Shown here piece after piece: positions 13,601 through 25,960 of a stretch of DNA of 64,000 nt. Position 1 is the stretch's first letter. Each line of letters opens with the position of its first letter. Under the pieces are notes generated by a model, which did not search any database, was not told the DNA's origin, and was given only the letters and a program-made list of their open reading frames with translations. The position numbers were made by a program, and so were the translations under genes. Origin of the DNA: Mobula hypostoma (taxonomy: Eukaryota); assembly GCF_963921235.1 (NCBI RefSeq), contig NC_086108.1, positions 20,522,001 to 20,586,000 on the forward strand. The letters run 5' to 3'.

Positions 13601-14925
13601 CCTCTCACATTTGTAACATCTAAGCAGGGGTGGAATATAATCTCGAACATTATAACTTACATATCCCAAACTAACTTTATCAGGGAGCTTCACCTCATCA
13701 AAACATATCAATATAGACAAACTATCTATCCTTTCCCCATTGCTGACTACTTGCAATCTCTTTACATCCTTAACCTTGTCTCCCAATAAATGAGATTTAA
13801 CCTCTGCTATTGAAATCTCCACCAGAACAGCTGTTATAACACCTCTAACACCTCTATTTTCATTAGGCAAAATAGGTCCAATCTTTTTGCCAAGTAAAAT
13901 CTTCAATCATAATGCCTTCTCACACTACTTTTTATCCTTATACACAATTAACACCTTCCCTCCTCTTAAAAGTATGAGACCAATCTATATTCCCTATGGC
14001 TGCTTTTAGCTCTGTAGTTAATTCAATGGGATTGATGGAGGGCGGCTGTTCCGGGTCAAATTTGAACATATTGAAGTCTTCTTCCCCTTTTTTCAAAATA
14101 TCCATCCTTTCCTCTCCATCGTTTGAAATCATTTCAGCATTATGTTTCTTTTTCCGTTTTCCAGATCTGGATTCAACTTCTTGCCAACCTCCTCCTGCCT
14201 CACCTGAACCCTCCATTTGTGGTTCCTTTTCCAAATCCTCCCCCTTACCTGAACCTACAACCATTTCCCAACATCCCCACAACCACTTGAAAAGTTCCAT
14301 CAATGCTGTCTTCGAAGCATCTTAAATATCAGCTGGGAAGATAGAAGAACCAACGTCAGTGTGCTAAATGAAGCAAAAACAACAAGCATTGAAGCCTATG
14401 TCATCAAGAACCAACTAAGATGGAGCGGTCATGTTGTTTGGATGGGAGACGGAACGTCTGCCGAAACAAATCTTCTACTCCCAGCTTAAAGAAGGCAAAC
14501 GTAAAAGAGGCGGACAACAGAAGAGATTCAAAGACGTCTTAAAAGCCAACATGAAGAAATGTAACATCGACATCAACAATTGGGAAACCAATGCCAAGGA
14601 CAGGAAACTCTGGCAAGCCATCATCCAGGAAGGAACAGCAACTTTCGAAGCCAACAGATGTGCAGAATTAGAAGAAAAGAGAAGAAAATGGAAAGAGAGG
14701 CAACAACAACCAAAGCCCGATCTGCCATCTGGAACTACCTGTCCTGAATGCGGAAGAACTGTCAAAGCCAAGATTGGACTCATAAGCCACTTGAGAGCCC
14801 ATAAGTAGATCAACAGAATGAAGACCATCATCCTCGACCTCGAGGGATAGCCACAACGACACCATTCACAGACAGCGCTACCAACTACCACTCCTTAAGC
14901 CAGCCAGGAGTTTGATGGAACCCAA
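10641..14925 (-). mobile_element. I-group (Nimb-like) LINE with gag-like ORF1, endonuclease, largely deleted RT and RNase H; interrupted by an RTE
   Basis: ORF1 zinc knuckles CYKCERFGH, CSKCGGEH and CCNCGGEH (13418..13906). EN motifs IQETWL and GSDHFPI. RNase H motifs IFTDGSK and ICSDS (10639-11147). Confidence 0.85.
14284..14850 (+). mobile_element. RTE-clade LINE 3' fragment
   Basis: Reads FHQCCLRSILNISWEDRRTN...RLPKQIFYSQLKEGKRKRGGQQKRFKD with a C2H2 finger CPECGRTVKAKIGLISHLRAH. Flanked by CCACAAC at 14277-14283 and 14851-14857 (putative TSD). Confidence 0.88.
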
Positions 14926-16140
14926 CTTCTTCTTCTTCTTCTTCTTCTTCTATTTCCAGCTGTTTAGACACATCTAGACCCTCCACAGGATGTATAATTA
15001 ATTATAGAACTTCAAGGAACTCAAATTCTCAAATACAACCTAGTGTCACGTATAAACTGAATAATAAACTCTTCAACAGGTGTTGATTCTCTTAATGGCC
15101 AAACAAAGATTTAATAGGAAACCAAAATAAATTTAAGCCAGATAGCCTCTTGAACACCTTACTTCTTTCAATTTTGTATCGATTACAGCTCAGCAAAACA
15201 TGCTGGACTGTCTCTGGACTACCACAGTCACGTAATCCAGTAGGATGCTTTCCTATTATCTTCAAATAATAGTTTAACCCACAATGCCCCAACCTAAGTC
15301 TTGTAAATTTCACCATATCTCTACGACTTAAAAGGTAACAGTCTGAGACCTTTTTAACTAGTGGGTGACTAGAAAAATAATGCCTACCCCTTAATTCATT
15401 TTTCCAATCCTCCTGCCACTTCTTCTCTATCCCTTTTTTAATCCTACTTCTCAATTCTGCTCTGCCTAGGGGAACTCTAATTTCTACTTGCCTGCTCTGT
15501 AAGGAAGACTTTGCAATGCCATCCACAGTTTCATTTCCCTCCACCCCAGCATGCCCAGGTATCCATGAAAATCTAACCGCACAACCCATCTTCCCTACTC
15601 TAAACTAAGAGAATCTCAATAACTATGTCAGGACGAGCTTTTGATTTATTCCCTTTTATAGCCTCTAAGGCAGCAGCAGAATCCGAACAGATAATAACCC
15701 TATGTGGTTGAGAGTCTTCTATCCACCATAAAGCCCAGAGAATTGCTAATAATTCTGTTGCAAAGACAGAAACACTATCTGAAACCCAGTGACCAATCTT
15801 AACTCCAAGTTGAGACACATACATCCCGAATCCTGCCCTATTGCTCTCTGGGTCCACTGAGCCATCAGTAAAAATCTTCAGATAAGATCCCCATTTATTA
15901 TTTAAATATTCATTTGTGATCAACTCTGATGAAATTGCACTGCTTCCTTGAAACTGAAAAAGGAGGAATAGGTCTACTTCTGGTTCTGGAAAGAGCCAAA
16001 AAGGGATGAGTGGCAGACAGATTTGGCCAACTATGTCTTCCTCAGTCAGTTTCAATTTCACAGCCCAGTTATTACCCAAATCTAAAAATGGGTATCTTTT
16101 AATTTTACTTTGGCGCTCCGACTTCGCCTGCAAAAGACAC
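14926..16140 (-). mobile_element. Second I/Nimb-like LINE, 3' end (RNase H, C-terminal zinc motif, (GAA)n tail)
   Basis: Motifs IFTDGSVD, ICSDSAAALEAI, WIPGHAGVEGNETVD, RLRLGH and ETVQHVLLSC. (CTT)8 at 14926-14949 is the minus-strand tail. Confidence 0.88.
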
Positions 16141-16960
16141 TTTGATGGACAGCTGTGGTTGAACCAAAACTGAGTCCTCAGATCCGTATCTCAGAGCAGC
16201 CTGGAGTAGATCCAAGGCCTCACTTATCAGTTCATCATATTATTGGGCACAGAGCACAGCAGCTAGGGCAGTCTTCATAGCCTCAGCACCATGAAGATGA
16301 ACATTGCAGAGAACAAGTGAAATTGGCTTTCATCCCATCTGACACCGTGTCTTTTCAGTCTATCTGGGCCGGTGTTCGAATGTACCCAATGATGGAACAG
16401 CAAAAGGCTCTGTGCCTTGGAGAGAGGAATGAAGATTGCAGACAGCAAGTGAAGTTGGCCCCCACCTCCAATGTGGACCAGCATTTAAATTGTCTAAACA
16501 ACGAATTGTAACTTGTACTGGGACCCAGCTGCAGCAAAAGACTCCGGGCCTAGACCACGCTGCCCAATGAATCAATCCAGGCCCAGATTCTGTCTTCCAG
16601 CCTGAAGCCACTCTCAAGCTCTTCAGGTCAGCTTGGCTTCCAGAGCAATCCAACCTTGCACCCAGGCCAGTTGAATGAGCATCGGAACTTCTCTGCCTGA
16701 GCCCCAACTTCTTTTGGAACCCAGAGCGATCCAACCTCACACCTGGGCCATCTGTATGGGCATCTTAACTCCATCTGCAACACCCCATGAACTTGGCTCA
16801 TCCCACGAACTTGTCTCACCATTGCTCGTTTCTTCACTGTTTGTGGCAATAATTTAATACAGTTTACAACAGTAAAGATTTTTTAGTGGATTTCTTATCT
16901 TTTTGACTACCAGAAGCTGATGCACACATTCGGTAGAGCCATCTTAACTGGAAGTTTTAT
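16140..16960 (-). mobile_element. Probable 5' part of a Rex1-like LINE (degenerate)
   Basis: Minus strand begins acttccagttaagatggc, with endonuclease-like remnants near 16150-16470; no intact ORF. Confidence 0.35.
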
Positions 16961-17870
16961 ATTAGGGAAAGAAGGTAAAAGCGAGTTCATCTATATTTAA
17001 AGTCTTGTATCTAAGTGATAATTCCTGAAATACTACTTTAAATTTACTTCCATCTATCACAACAATAGGTACAGTGAATGCAGTTTCACTGGCTCTCCAT
17101 TCGGCCTTGGATCATCTGAACAATAGCAATACCTAAGTCAGGCTGCTGTTTATTGATTACAACTCAGCACTCAACACCATCATACCCTCTGTACTAATCA
17201 ACAAGCTTCAAAACCTGGGGCTCGTAGCTCCCTCTGCAACTGGATTCTTGACTTCCACATTGGAAGAACAGAGTCAGTGCAGATCAGAAATGCCATCTCC
17301 TCTTTGCTGACAATTAACACTGGTGTACCTCAAGGATGTGTGCTTGGCCCACTGCTCTATACCCAGGACTGTGTGGTTAGTCACAGCTCAAACACAATCT
17401 ATAAATTTGTCTATGACACAAATATCACTGGTAGAATTTCATATGGTGACAAGGTGTACAGGAGTGAGATTGATCAGCTGGTTGAGTGTCAGTAAGACCA
17501 AAGAACTGATTGTGGACTTCATGAAGGGGAAGTTGAGGAAACGCACATCAGTCCTTATCAAGGGATCAGCAGTGGAAAGGGTGAGCAGTTTCAATTTCCT
17601 GGGTGTCAACATATCTAAAGATCTATGCTGGGCCCAACATATTGACGCAATTACAAAGAAGCACAACAGCACTATATTCCATTAGAAGTCACCAAAAACT
17701 CGCGCATATCAGACATCCCACCCTGCAAAAACTCATTTCAGGGAGGTAGCACCCCCGCGCCCCCCCCCCCCACAACCCCATATCCCCCAAGCAAGTCTAC
17801 AAGGAGTTTGGCCTCATCATGTAGGATATCAATAGCGTAGCTCCTTGGCAGCTAGCCAGCTAGTTTAAAG

Positions 17871-18960
17871 CAGGGGTCCCCAACCTTTTTTGCACCGCGG
17901 ACCGGTTTAATATTGACAATGTTCTTGCAGACCCGCCGACCTGGGGGAGGGGGTGGGTGAGTGTTAAACGCAAGCGGAATATAGGTGATAAGTCAACTAT
18001 AGGTCACTTGTAAGCGGCTAATACACTCAATTTCGTTTCTAAAGGGGTTTATCTAACGAATTTAATATTAAACACACAGCGCATATTTTCCTCGCATGAA
18101 TGTAGTAATAAGACAATTATAACAGTGGTCCCTAACCTCCGGGCCGCGAAGAATGCAGCAGTACAGCGGTGGCCGGAACACACTCAGCACATCTTTAAGA
18201 AAAAAGCCGAAATAAACAAGCTAATTAATTACGTGCCAGGCAGCACCTAATTAGGTTGTTTATTTTGGCTTTTTTCTTAAAGATGTGCTGGGTGCGTTCT
18301 GGCTACCACTGTACCGCTGCATTTTTCGTGGCCTGGAGGTTTGAGACCACTGATAAGTCACTTATAAGTCAATAGCATCATAACATTTTAAGTAACATTT
18401 GGATATTTGGAGCACATATTTTCCTCGTATGAACATATAAAATCATTGCAACACACCAATATCGCTGAATCAGTGGGAGCCCTGGGCTTGTTTTCCTGCA
18501 ACAAGACGGTGCCATCGAGGGGTGATGGGAGACAGTGATACTCGAAGGGGGTTCCTTATGTCCAGTCTATTCTGCAATTTAGTTTTCGTTGCATTCATTG
18601 CAGAAAACTTCGCTTTGCAGAAATATGTTGGAAATGGAAGCAATGTTTTCAGTGCTTTCGTGGCTATCTCAGGATATTCAGCCTTGACTTTGATCCAGAA
18701 TACCAGCAGAGATGTTATGTCTAACATACTTTTCAGCCCACCGTCATTTGCAAGCTCGAGGAGTTGATCTTTTTCCTGCGCTGACATGGATGATTCACCG
18801 GGGACATTCACAAATGGGTCACGGACCCATTCCTTTGCACGTCTTGGGTTACCGATGACCTCGCGTGTGTTAAAATTCAACAGGGAATGAGGAAAGGTGC
18901 AGCTGACTCATATCGCCAAATCATATTGCTTCCTCGCGGCCCGGTGGTTGGGGACCACTC
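17871..18960 (-). mobile_element. hAT (Charlie/Buster-like) deletion derivative with the transposase C-terminal dimerisation domain
   Basis: Termini caggggtccccaacc and ggttggggaccactc. ORF 18470..18880 reads FWIKVKAEYPEIATKALKTLLPFPTYFC...KQAQGSH. Confidence 0.88.
18123..18352. mobile_element. Foldback hAT MITE (near-palindromic, 230 bp)
   Basis: cagtggtccctaacctcc ... ggaggtttgagaccactg; arms of ~100 bp are largely reverse-complementary; ATAA repeated on both flanks. Confidence 0.85.
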
Positions 18961-20884
18961 TTAGCATGAAGGATTCTTGCTCTCCCTCTCCCTCTCAAAA
19001 AAATTTATTTCCGGGATATTGTATATAATTTGCAGGCATCAGGGAGCCACTATCGATATGTGAGAGACTCCCGGAACTTCCGGGAGAGGTGGGATGTCTG
19101 GCATATTTCTAGAGATGTACCATGGAGAGCATTCTAATTAGTTGCATCACTATCTGGTATGGGAGGGTAGGGTGGGGGTGAGAGGCTACTGCACAGGACC
19201 AGAAAAAGCTGCAGAATGTTGCAAACTCAGCCAGTGCCACCATAGGCACTCGTCTCCCCAGCATCGAAGACATCTTCAAAAGGCGATAACTTAAAAAGGC
19301 AGCATCTATCATTAAGGACTTCCATCACCCAGGACATGCCCTCTTCTCATTGCCTTCATCAAGGAGAAGATATAGGAACCGGAAGACACATGGCAGTGGA
19401 GAAGAACAGATTCTTCTCCACTGCCATCAGATTTCTGAATGTAAACTACCTCACTATTTTTCTTTTTTTTTGCTTTCTTTTTGCACTACTTATTTAGGTA
19501 ATTCAAGTTCATTAAATCTACTGGTCTCTATTATTTCAATTTCCACTGAATTCAGGAATTTGAAGTGTTTGTTTCCGTCTAGCCTATCAAACACAGATGT
19601 AAAATTTCAATATTGATGGAAAAAGCTTTTGAAAAACGAGCTATGGAAGCTCAACAGATACAGTGCAAGGCACTGTGAAGATTCCAATTCTTATAACATT
19701 TTCAGTATTCTTTTATGATGAATGACCCAAAACGAAACAGAAACATTTAAATTACAGCGCAGATTTTTAAAATACTACATAGCACAAGAGGTCATATTGA
19801 TCATTAGAGCCTGCCAGCTACAATATTTGTGGACAATCCTAAACCTACACTGTACAGAATTCTACCCACAAAAAGATCTTTTGGAAACTCTTGAGTTCCA
19901 ATCTTCTCATTTTACACAACTCCAACATGTTTTCCAGATAAACAACACTTAGCTTGTATCATTTAACATAATAACTCATGGCTTGCAAAATGCTGCAAGC
20001 AAGTTTCTTGTTGCACCTGTGCATAGATGTACTTGTGCATATGACAATACACTCAACTTTGACTTTGCTTTTCTGTACTTTGAGGACAACTAAATATAAA
20101 TTAATCATTTTGTAGCAGCATCAACATTCAATCCACCAGCATTACCCTGAGCTCTCAATTTCCTGTCACTTTAACTCTCCTACCCAATCACTTCTCTATC
20201 CTCATCCTCCTACTGTTTCAATAAAGTTCAGTATAAGGATGAGGAATAGCACATCAGCAGAATGCCTAAAGAGATCACTTGATGCAAGTCTCTGTTCTTT
20301 ATAATATAAGCTTAATAGTTGTTTGTCTTTTCTCGCAAGTATATACTGAACAAACTTATCAGCTTGTAAGAGTGGCAAATTTCAACAGAAATTTGATTAT
20401 CCAAAAACATATTCAAATGAATCACAAAATACCAAGTAAGAGTAGAAATAGTATTTTATACTGAGATGACTTGTAACCCTGGATATAGCTGGCCTGAAGA
20501 ATGTGTCCTTCAAGCAAGTCATGTGAAAGAAACTTGAATGAGTGATTAAGTAACCTAATGCCCAAGTTAGATTTCTTTTTGCTTTGTTTATATTGTTTGA
20601 GCCCTCCTCCCCTGAAGCTTACAAGCTGCATTTTCTAAAGATCACTCTGAAGTCACATTCTTCTAGTGATTGTTATTTACTGTTAGACAAAGAGGATTAC
20701 TGGATGTTATCATAGAATGGAAAGATAAAGTAACTTCTTTTAAAATATAAAAATAAGGTATTTATGATACTTAATTATGAAAAAGTAAATCCAAAATGAT
20801 CTATTCTGCACTTGTCTGAATCTGTTACGAACTTGTCTTAATATTCGTGAATCTACACACTATTAATCATGAGAGTGATTGTAC

Positions 20885-20976
20885 CTGTTGTCTGTTGCTT
20901 TGGCAGGCAGAACTCAAATGCTTAAACCATAGCATTGCATTCTCTCTATTACCAGCTTGGAATTTGTAAGAATTCC
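20885..20976 (-). CDS. RALGPS2: RALGPS2 PH-domain exon, (G)[30 protein letters not shown]
   Basis: tttcag|GG AAT ... CAA CAG|gtac; 92 nt, phase 1 to 0. Matches the recalled RALGPS2 PH C-terminal helix region ([21 protein letters not shown]). Confidence 0.95.
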
Positions 20977-21221
20977 CTGAAAATGAAGATGAGGGGGGGA
21001 GAGGGGGGAAAATGATAGAGTAATGTTATTCTATTCTGACACAGTACTGAATTCAATTTCAACAGGTTTTCTTTTGCAACAGGAAAACTGATTATACCAT
21101 TAAGAATTGGAAAGGACTTGAGCAATTATAAATGCATAAAAACATTTCATTTGCCAGTACTCAGTTATGTAGGGACATTGAAACCGATATGAAAATAGAT
21201 CTTTTTCCACCCATTACTCAC

Positions 21222-21327
21222 CCTTTTCAGAGTCTGTAAGCTGGAAAACATCTGGATGCTCTGGATCATCAGCCATCATTACCATCCAACCCACAACAGA
21301 AACACTCTTACTCAAACTTGATTTGAA
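21222..21327 (-). CDS. RALGPS2: RALGPS2 PH-domain exon, [35 protein letters not shown](G)
   Basis: ttattcag|TTC AAA ... GAA AAG G|gtgagt; 106 nt, phase 0 to 1. [14 protein letters not shown] is characteristic of RALGPS2. Confidence 0.95.
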
Positions 21328-22419
21328 CTGAATAACAGAAAAGTTAGAAACATTAATAAGACTAGGATGATGGGATAAACAGGGAAGGTGTATTGTTTAA
21401 CAGCTTATTACCGTAAAAATTAAAACAATGCAAATTTTTTGAATTAAAGAAACACAATTTTTTGTACAAAGAAGGCTGGATTAATGGTTTCTTACAGCAC
21501 CAGTCCATCTTGAATAAAAAAAAATGAACTTGCAGAAAAACATCTCAAGGTATTTCAAAAAGAGAAATGGATATTGATTCATAGTGACTGACGGCTGATT
21601 GAAGAGATGAGTATGAAGAAAGTTGTACAAATACATGATAAAAGACTAAATATGCAAATATTAAAATTAATTGGTTAAATAAGAGGAACTCAGAATTTCT
21701 TTTCTATTTGTTTTCTTCCAGATCTATGTGTACTGGCAAGGCCAATATTTATTGCCCAGACTTAATGGGCTTCAAATTGAGTGAGCATTTCAGAGGGTAT
21801 TTAAGAGCCTTCACACTTGTGGATCTGGAAACACATAAAGGACAGACTGGATAGGGACATCATATTTCCTCCAATGAAGCAGTTAAGTGTAAAAGTTTTT
21901 TGTGACAAACTAGTAGTTTTTTGTCTTTATGATTATGACTTTTTTAAGTAATTAGAGATTATTTGCAGAATTTAAATTCTAGATTATGTGTATAATTTAA
22001 ATTCCAGAGCCACCGAAAATTGAACCTGGTTCTCTAGATTGTTCATACAGCCTTTCCATTTACCAGTCTGGTAATTTAGCCATTATACAGCCATAGGACT
22101 CAGAATAGTAATAAACAAGTTGACTAGATCTCGTGTATGACATGAACAGGGTGACATATAAGGTATGCTGACAATACAAAGATAGGCAATCAATTGCATT
22201 ATAAGGATGGAAGATGAGGATAGCAGTGGCAAAGAAGCTAGTAAAAGATACCATTAAGCAAAGAGGGAAGGGGAAATATGCATATAAACTATAAAATAGA
22301 AAAAAGTGAAGTTATTCAATTTCTTAAAATGGCAAGAAAATTATAAAAGTTGGCATACAGCAAGTTATTTTGCAGGCATTGTAAACAATTAGTTAAAAAT
22401 AGCATTGAGTCATTGTTGT

Positions 22420-22790
22420 AATGGGATGCATTTAGTAAAAAAGAAATTTGTGCCCCCTTTGGACGGTACTTTAGTGGCACTGTCAGGTGTATGCATCCAG
22501 TTTTGGTCTCCATATTTAGAGGCTGGTCGTGCAATGCAAGCTCTCTGGACTGATTTCTAGGATGATGTGAATGACCCATAAATAGAGATTGTTGAAGACA
22601 ATCAATTATTCGTTGATGCTTATATGAATGACAGCTGATATGAATGAAAAAAGATCTTGAGAGAAACTGGCAAGGTAGATGCTGAGAATGCATGGAGTGG
22701 CTACACCAGCAGATTTAAACTCAGAGTAAGTCACCTATTAGGTCTCAGATGAAGAAAAAATTCTTCACTTGCAGAATAATAGATTACCAT
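22420..22790 (+). mobile_element. Degraded CR1 3' fragment
   Basis: Remnants of YCIQFWSPY and FFTCR-like motifs. Confidence 0.45.
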
Positions 22791-23440
22791 AACTATATAT
22801 AAATTGATATTCATGTCATATATTCAAGAGTAGCAGAACTTTGACTAGCCCGCTCAAGGACATCAATTTTCTTCATTTGAAGCCACTCCATGGTTGCTCT
22901 GGCAGTGTGCATTGGGTTGTTGTGCTGCTGAAGGATCAACCTCCTCCCCCATTTAAGCTTTCTAGCAGAGGCTAACGGGTTTTTATCCAGGATCTCTCTG
23001 TCTTTAGCAGCATTCATCTTCCCATCAATCCTGACCAGATTTCCAGTCCCTGCTTCTGAAAAGCATCCCCAAAGCATGATGCAGGCATAACCATACTTTA
23101 CAGTAGGGTTGGTGTTACCTGGCAGATGCACATAATTAGATTTACACCACATGAACTGTTTAGTGATAAGGCCAAAAGGTTTCATTTTCATCTCATTCGA
23201 CCACAAGACCTTCTTCCACATCTTTGCAGTAATTTCTAAGTGATGCTTTGCAAAGTCTTTACAGGCAAGGATATGCTTTTGTTTTAGCCAGGGCTTTATT
23301 CTTGCCACTCTTTTTTAAATACCCTTTTGTACCAGGCCTTAGAGATTGTGGAACCATGAACTTCATCTCCAGTTGCAGCCACTGACTTTTGTACCTCACT
23401 CTGAGTGACTGTTGGTATGACAGCAACCTCTCTTACAAAT

Positions 23441-24300
23441 GCTATTCTTCTCCAGCAACTAAGTCTGCTCTTACCCCATCCTCCATCACCTTACCAGGGA
23501 TAGGGTTCCTCTTGTCCTCACCTGCCACCCCACCAACCTCTGCTTCCAGCACATAATTCTCCAGAACTTCTGCCATCTCCAATGGGATCCCACCACCAAG
23601 CTCAAGTTCCCCTCCCCTCACACTTTCTGCTTTCACAGGGATCACTCCCTATGCGACTCCCTTGTCCATTCGTCACTCCCCACTAATCTCCCTCCTGGCA
23701 TTTATACTTATAAGCAGAACAAGTGCTACTCCAGCCCCTACAGCTTCTCCCTCACTACCAATCAGGGCTCCAAACAGTCCTTCCAGGTGAGGTGACACTT
23801 CACCTGTGAGTCTGTTGGGGTCATATACTGTCGTGATGAGGCCACACACAAGTTGCAGGAACAACATGTTATATTCCATCTGGGTAGCCTCCAACCGGCT
23901 GGCATGAGGATCAATTTCTCAAACTCCCAGTAATGGCCCCCACCTTCCCTCTCACCATTCTCCATCCCCTTTTCCCTCTCTCACCTGCCCATCACCTTCC
24001 TCTGGTGCTCCTCCAGCCTTTTCTTTCTTCCATAGCCTTCTGTCCTCTCCTGTCGAACTCCCCCTTCTCCAGCCCAGTATCTCTTTCACCAATCAACTTC
24101 CCAGCTCTATACTTCATCCTTCCCCCTCCCGGTTTCACCTACGACCTTGTGTTTTCCTCTCCTCTTCCCACTTTAAAATCTACTTCTCAGCTTAATTTCT
24201 CCAGTCCTGTCGAAGGGTCTCTGCCCAAAATGTCGATTGTACTTTGTTCGATAGATGCTGCCTGAGCTGATGAGTTCCTCCAGCATTTTGTGTGTGTTGA
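23441..24300 (+). mobile_element. Penelope-like retroelement 3' remnant (GIY-YIG linker region and tail with decayed hammerhead)
   Basis: Reads RDRVPLVLT.HPTNL..QHIILQNFCHLQWDPTTK and DHSLCDSLVHS. Tail tagatgctgcctgagctgatgagttcctccagcattttgtgtgtgttg. Confidence 0.8.
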
Positions 24301-25127
24301 ATAAATTGGGTGAGTTGGTAACTGTTGACCAAAAAGAACTAGTCTACAAATCAATGAAATCAAATGAATCGCGGACAGTGGAAGTAGACACCAGTTGTCT
24401 TTGCTCTTGCCATGTGCTTGGGGGTGGAGGCTGCCATTTTATGAAGATGTTGCATTCTCTACTTTGTGAGTTAGTTGCTTGGCTTGATTAGTGTTTTAAA
24501 GACAACACAATGATGCCTCAGGTATGCTGAACTAGGGATAATTTCCAAATAAGAAGTTACTTGTGAGATGTTCTTTAGTTGGATATAACATGCAGTTTTT
24601 TGACTGTTAGAGTCTGAATCTGGTCTGCGTGATTCAAGCTGGTTGCTGATTGAGAACAAAGAGCCATAAATTAGCACCTTTCACTTGATGGGAAGAGGGC
24701 ATTAAACGGATGCTGGCTTGGAGCAGGGCCAATAAAAAGGTGTTAAATGTCAGCCATATGACTCAAAACCAATGACATTGGAACGTAACGTTTGAATTGG
24801 TAAGGAATAATATAAAAGCAGGTGCTTCAAGTGCGCTGGTGGCAGTGACTGTAGGACACCAACTATCGTGGATGTGAGGTGCCACACGGACACGTGGAGA
24901 TTCGAAACGAGATGACGGAACATGTGGCCAGCAGCAGAAACTGCTTTTAACCTGATATTATACTTTCTGTTCTTTGACTGTTCATTGGAGTCAGGAAAAC
25001 TTAGTAGGTGTACACACAGGTGTTCGGTATGCAAGTTCATGTGTTCTTCCATTGAGACATTAAATTGGTAAATACAGATTCTTTCTGTGCTCACTGATCA
25101 TTATTACAAGGGGTGATTCTTGTAACA
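24301..25127 (+). repeat. LTR-like remnant (start uncertain)
   Basis: TATAAAAG at 24811, ATTAAA near 25058, ends in TGTAACA at 25127 where the Tc1 sequence resumes. No TSD identified. Confidence 0.35.
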
Positions 25128-25960
25128 GTCACGTAATGCAGTTTATTGCACCTGATGAAAGTTAGCATAGTAACTACAAATGGGATGAATCTTTTACAGC
25201 ATCACAATTTTGGTTTTTAATTTTTATAAAATTGTTGACAGGATTTGGAATTTTTCTTTTGATTTGACAAGATGCATAATGGTTTGTCAATTAGCTCAAA
25301 ATTCCTACTTCAATATATTTTAAATTTAGAAAATGAGACAGTAAAATGTGAAAATAGTTGTGGGGGCTGAATAGTTTTTCGAAGTACTCTATCATGCGAG
25401 AAAGCCCACCTCAGAGGCATCAAGGTTGCATTCTCAAATATGTATATATTATTAACTCATATATGTATATATTATCATTCTCATAATCCAGCCCCTTTTA
25501 GAAAATTAGTCAACACTTTTCCAGAAGTATGAAACCAAAAGAGAGCCATACATGAGGATCTTACGAGAAAGGAAAATAGGTTAAATCGGAAGTAACTCTT
25601 TTTATAAACAAGTATTTTAAAATCTCAGTTGCTATAGTTCAACAGGTGTCATCTTCATTTCACATAAGGCACTCAGCCCCTGAAGAATCTTATCCATTTG
25701 CAGGGAATGGAAAATATCAAATACTACAACTGTTCCTTTAAAGAAGCAATCTTCAAAACCCAAGTAAACACTCTAACCTCCTCACCAGTGCTCGTCCGCC
25801 AGTTTGGCTTGTCAGCTAACTGTGTTAACAGCCACGTGACTCAGTGGTGAGTAGGCCACCTTTCTAAACAACATACATCTATGGTCGGCCTGATTTGGGG
25901 TTCAACCAAACAAGAACGTTGGGAATTCCAATTAAAGGCAACTTGATTGAGCAAATGCTA

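Larger units (their letters stand above)
17710..19100. mobile_element. Non-autonomous DNA transposon with 13-bp TIRs and a 6-bp TSD
   Basis: TIR CAGACATCCCACC at 17710 and its reverse complement ending at 19100. GCATAT duplicated at 17704-17709 and 19101-19106. Confidence 0.85.
17050..19450 (+). mobile_element. Rex1/Babar LINE split by DNA-transposon insertions (17710-19100)
   Basis: GVPQGCVLGPLLY and KTKELIVDF lie left of the insertion. The C-terminal part (YRCTMESIL, HHPGHALFS-like) resumes at ~19107. Confidence 0.85.
22834..25389 (-). mobile_element. Tc1 transposon remnant, interrupted by Penelope-like and LTR-like insertions
   Basis: ORF 22811..23308 carries KVLWSNE, TVKYG..IMLWGCFS and LQQHNNPMH. 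5' terminal region at 25128-25389 resembles the Tc1 at 59391-61117. Confidence 0.75.
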
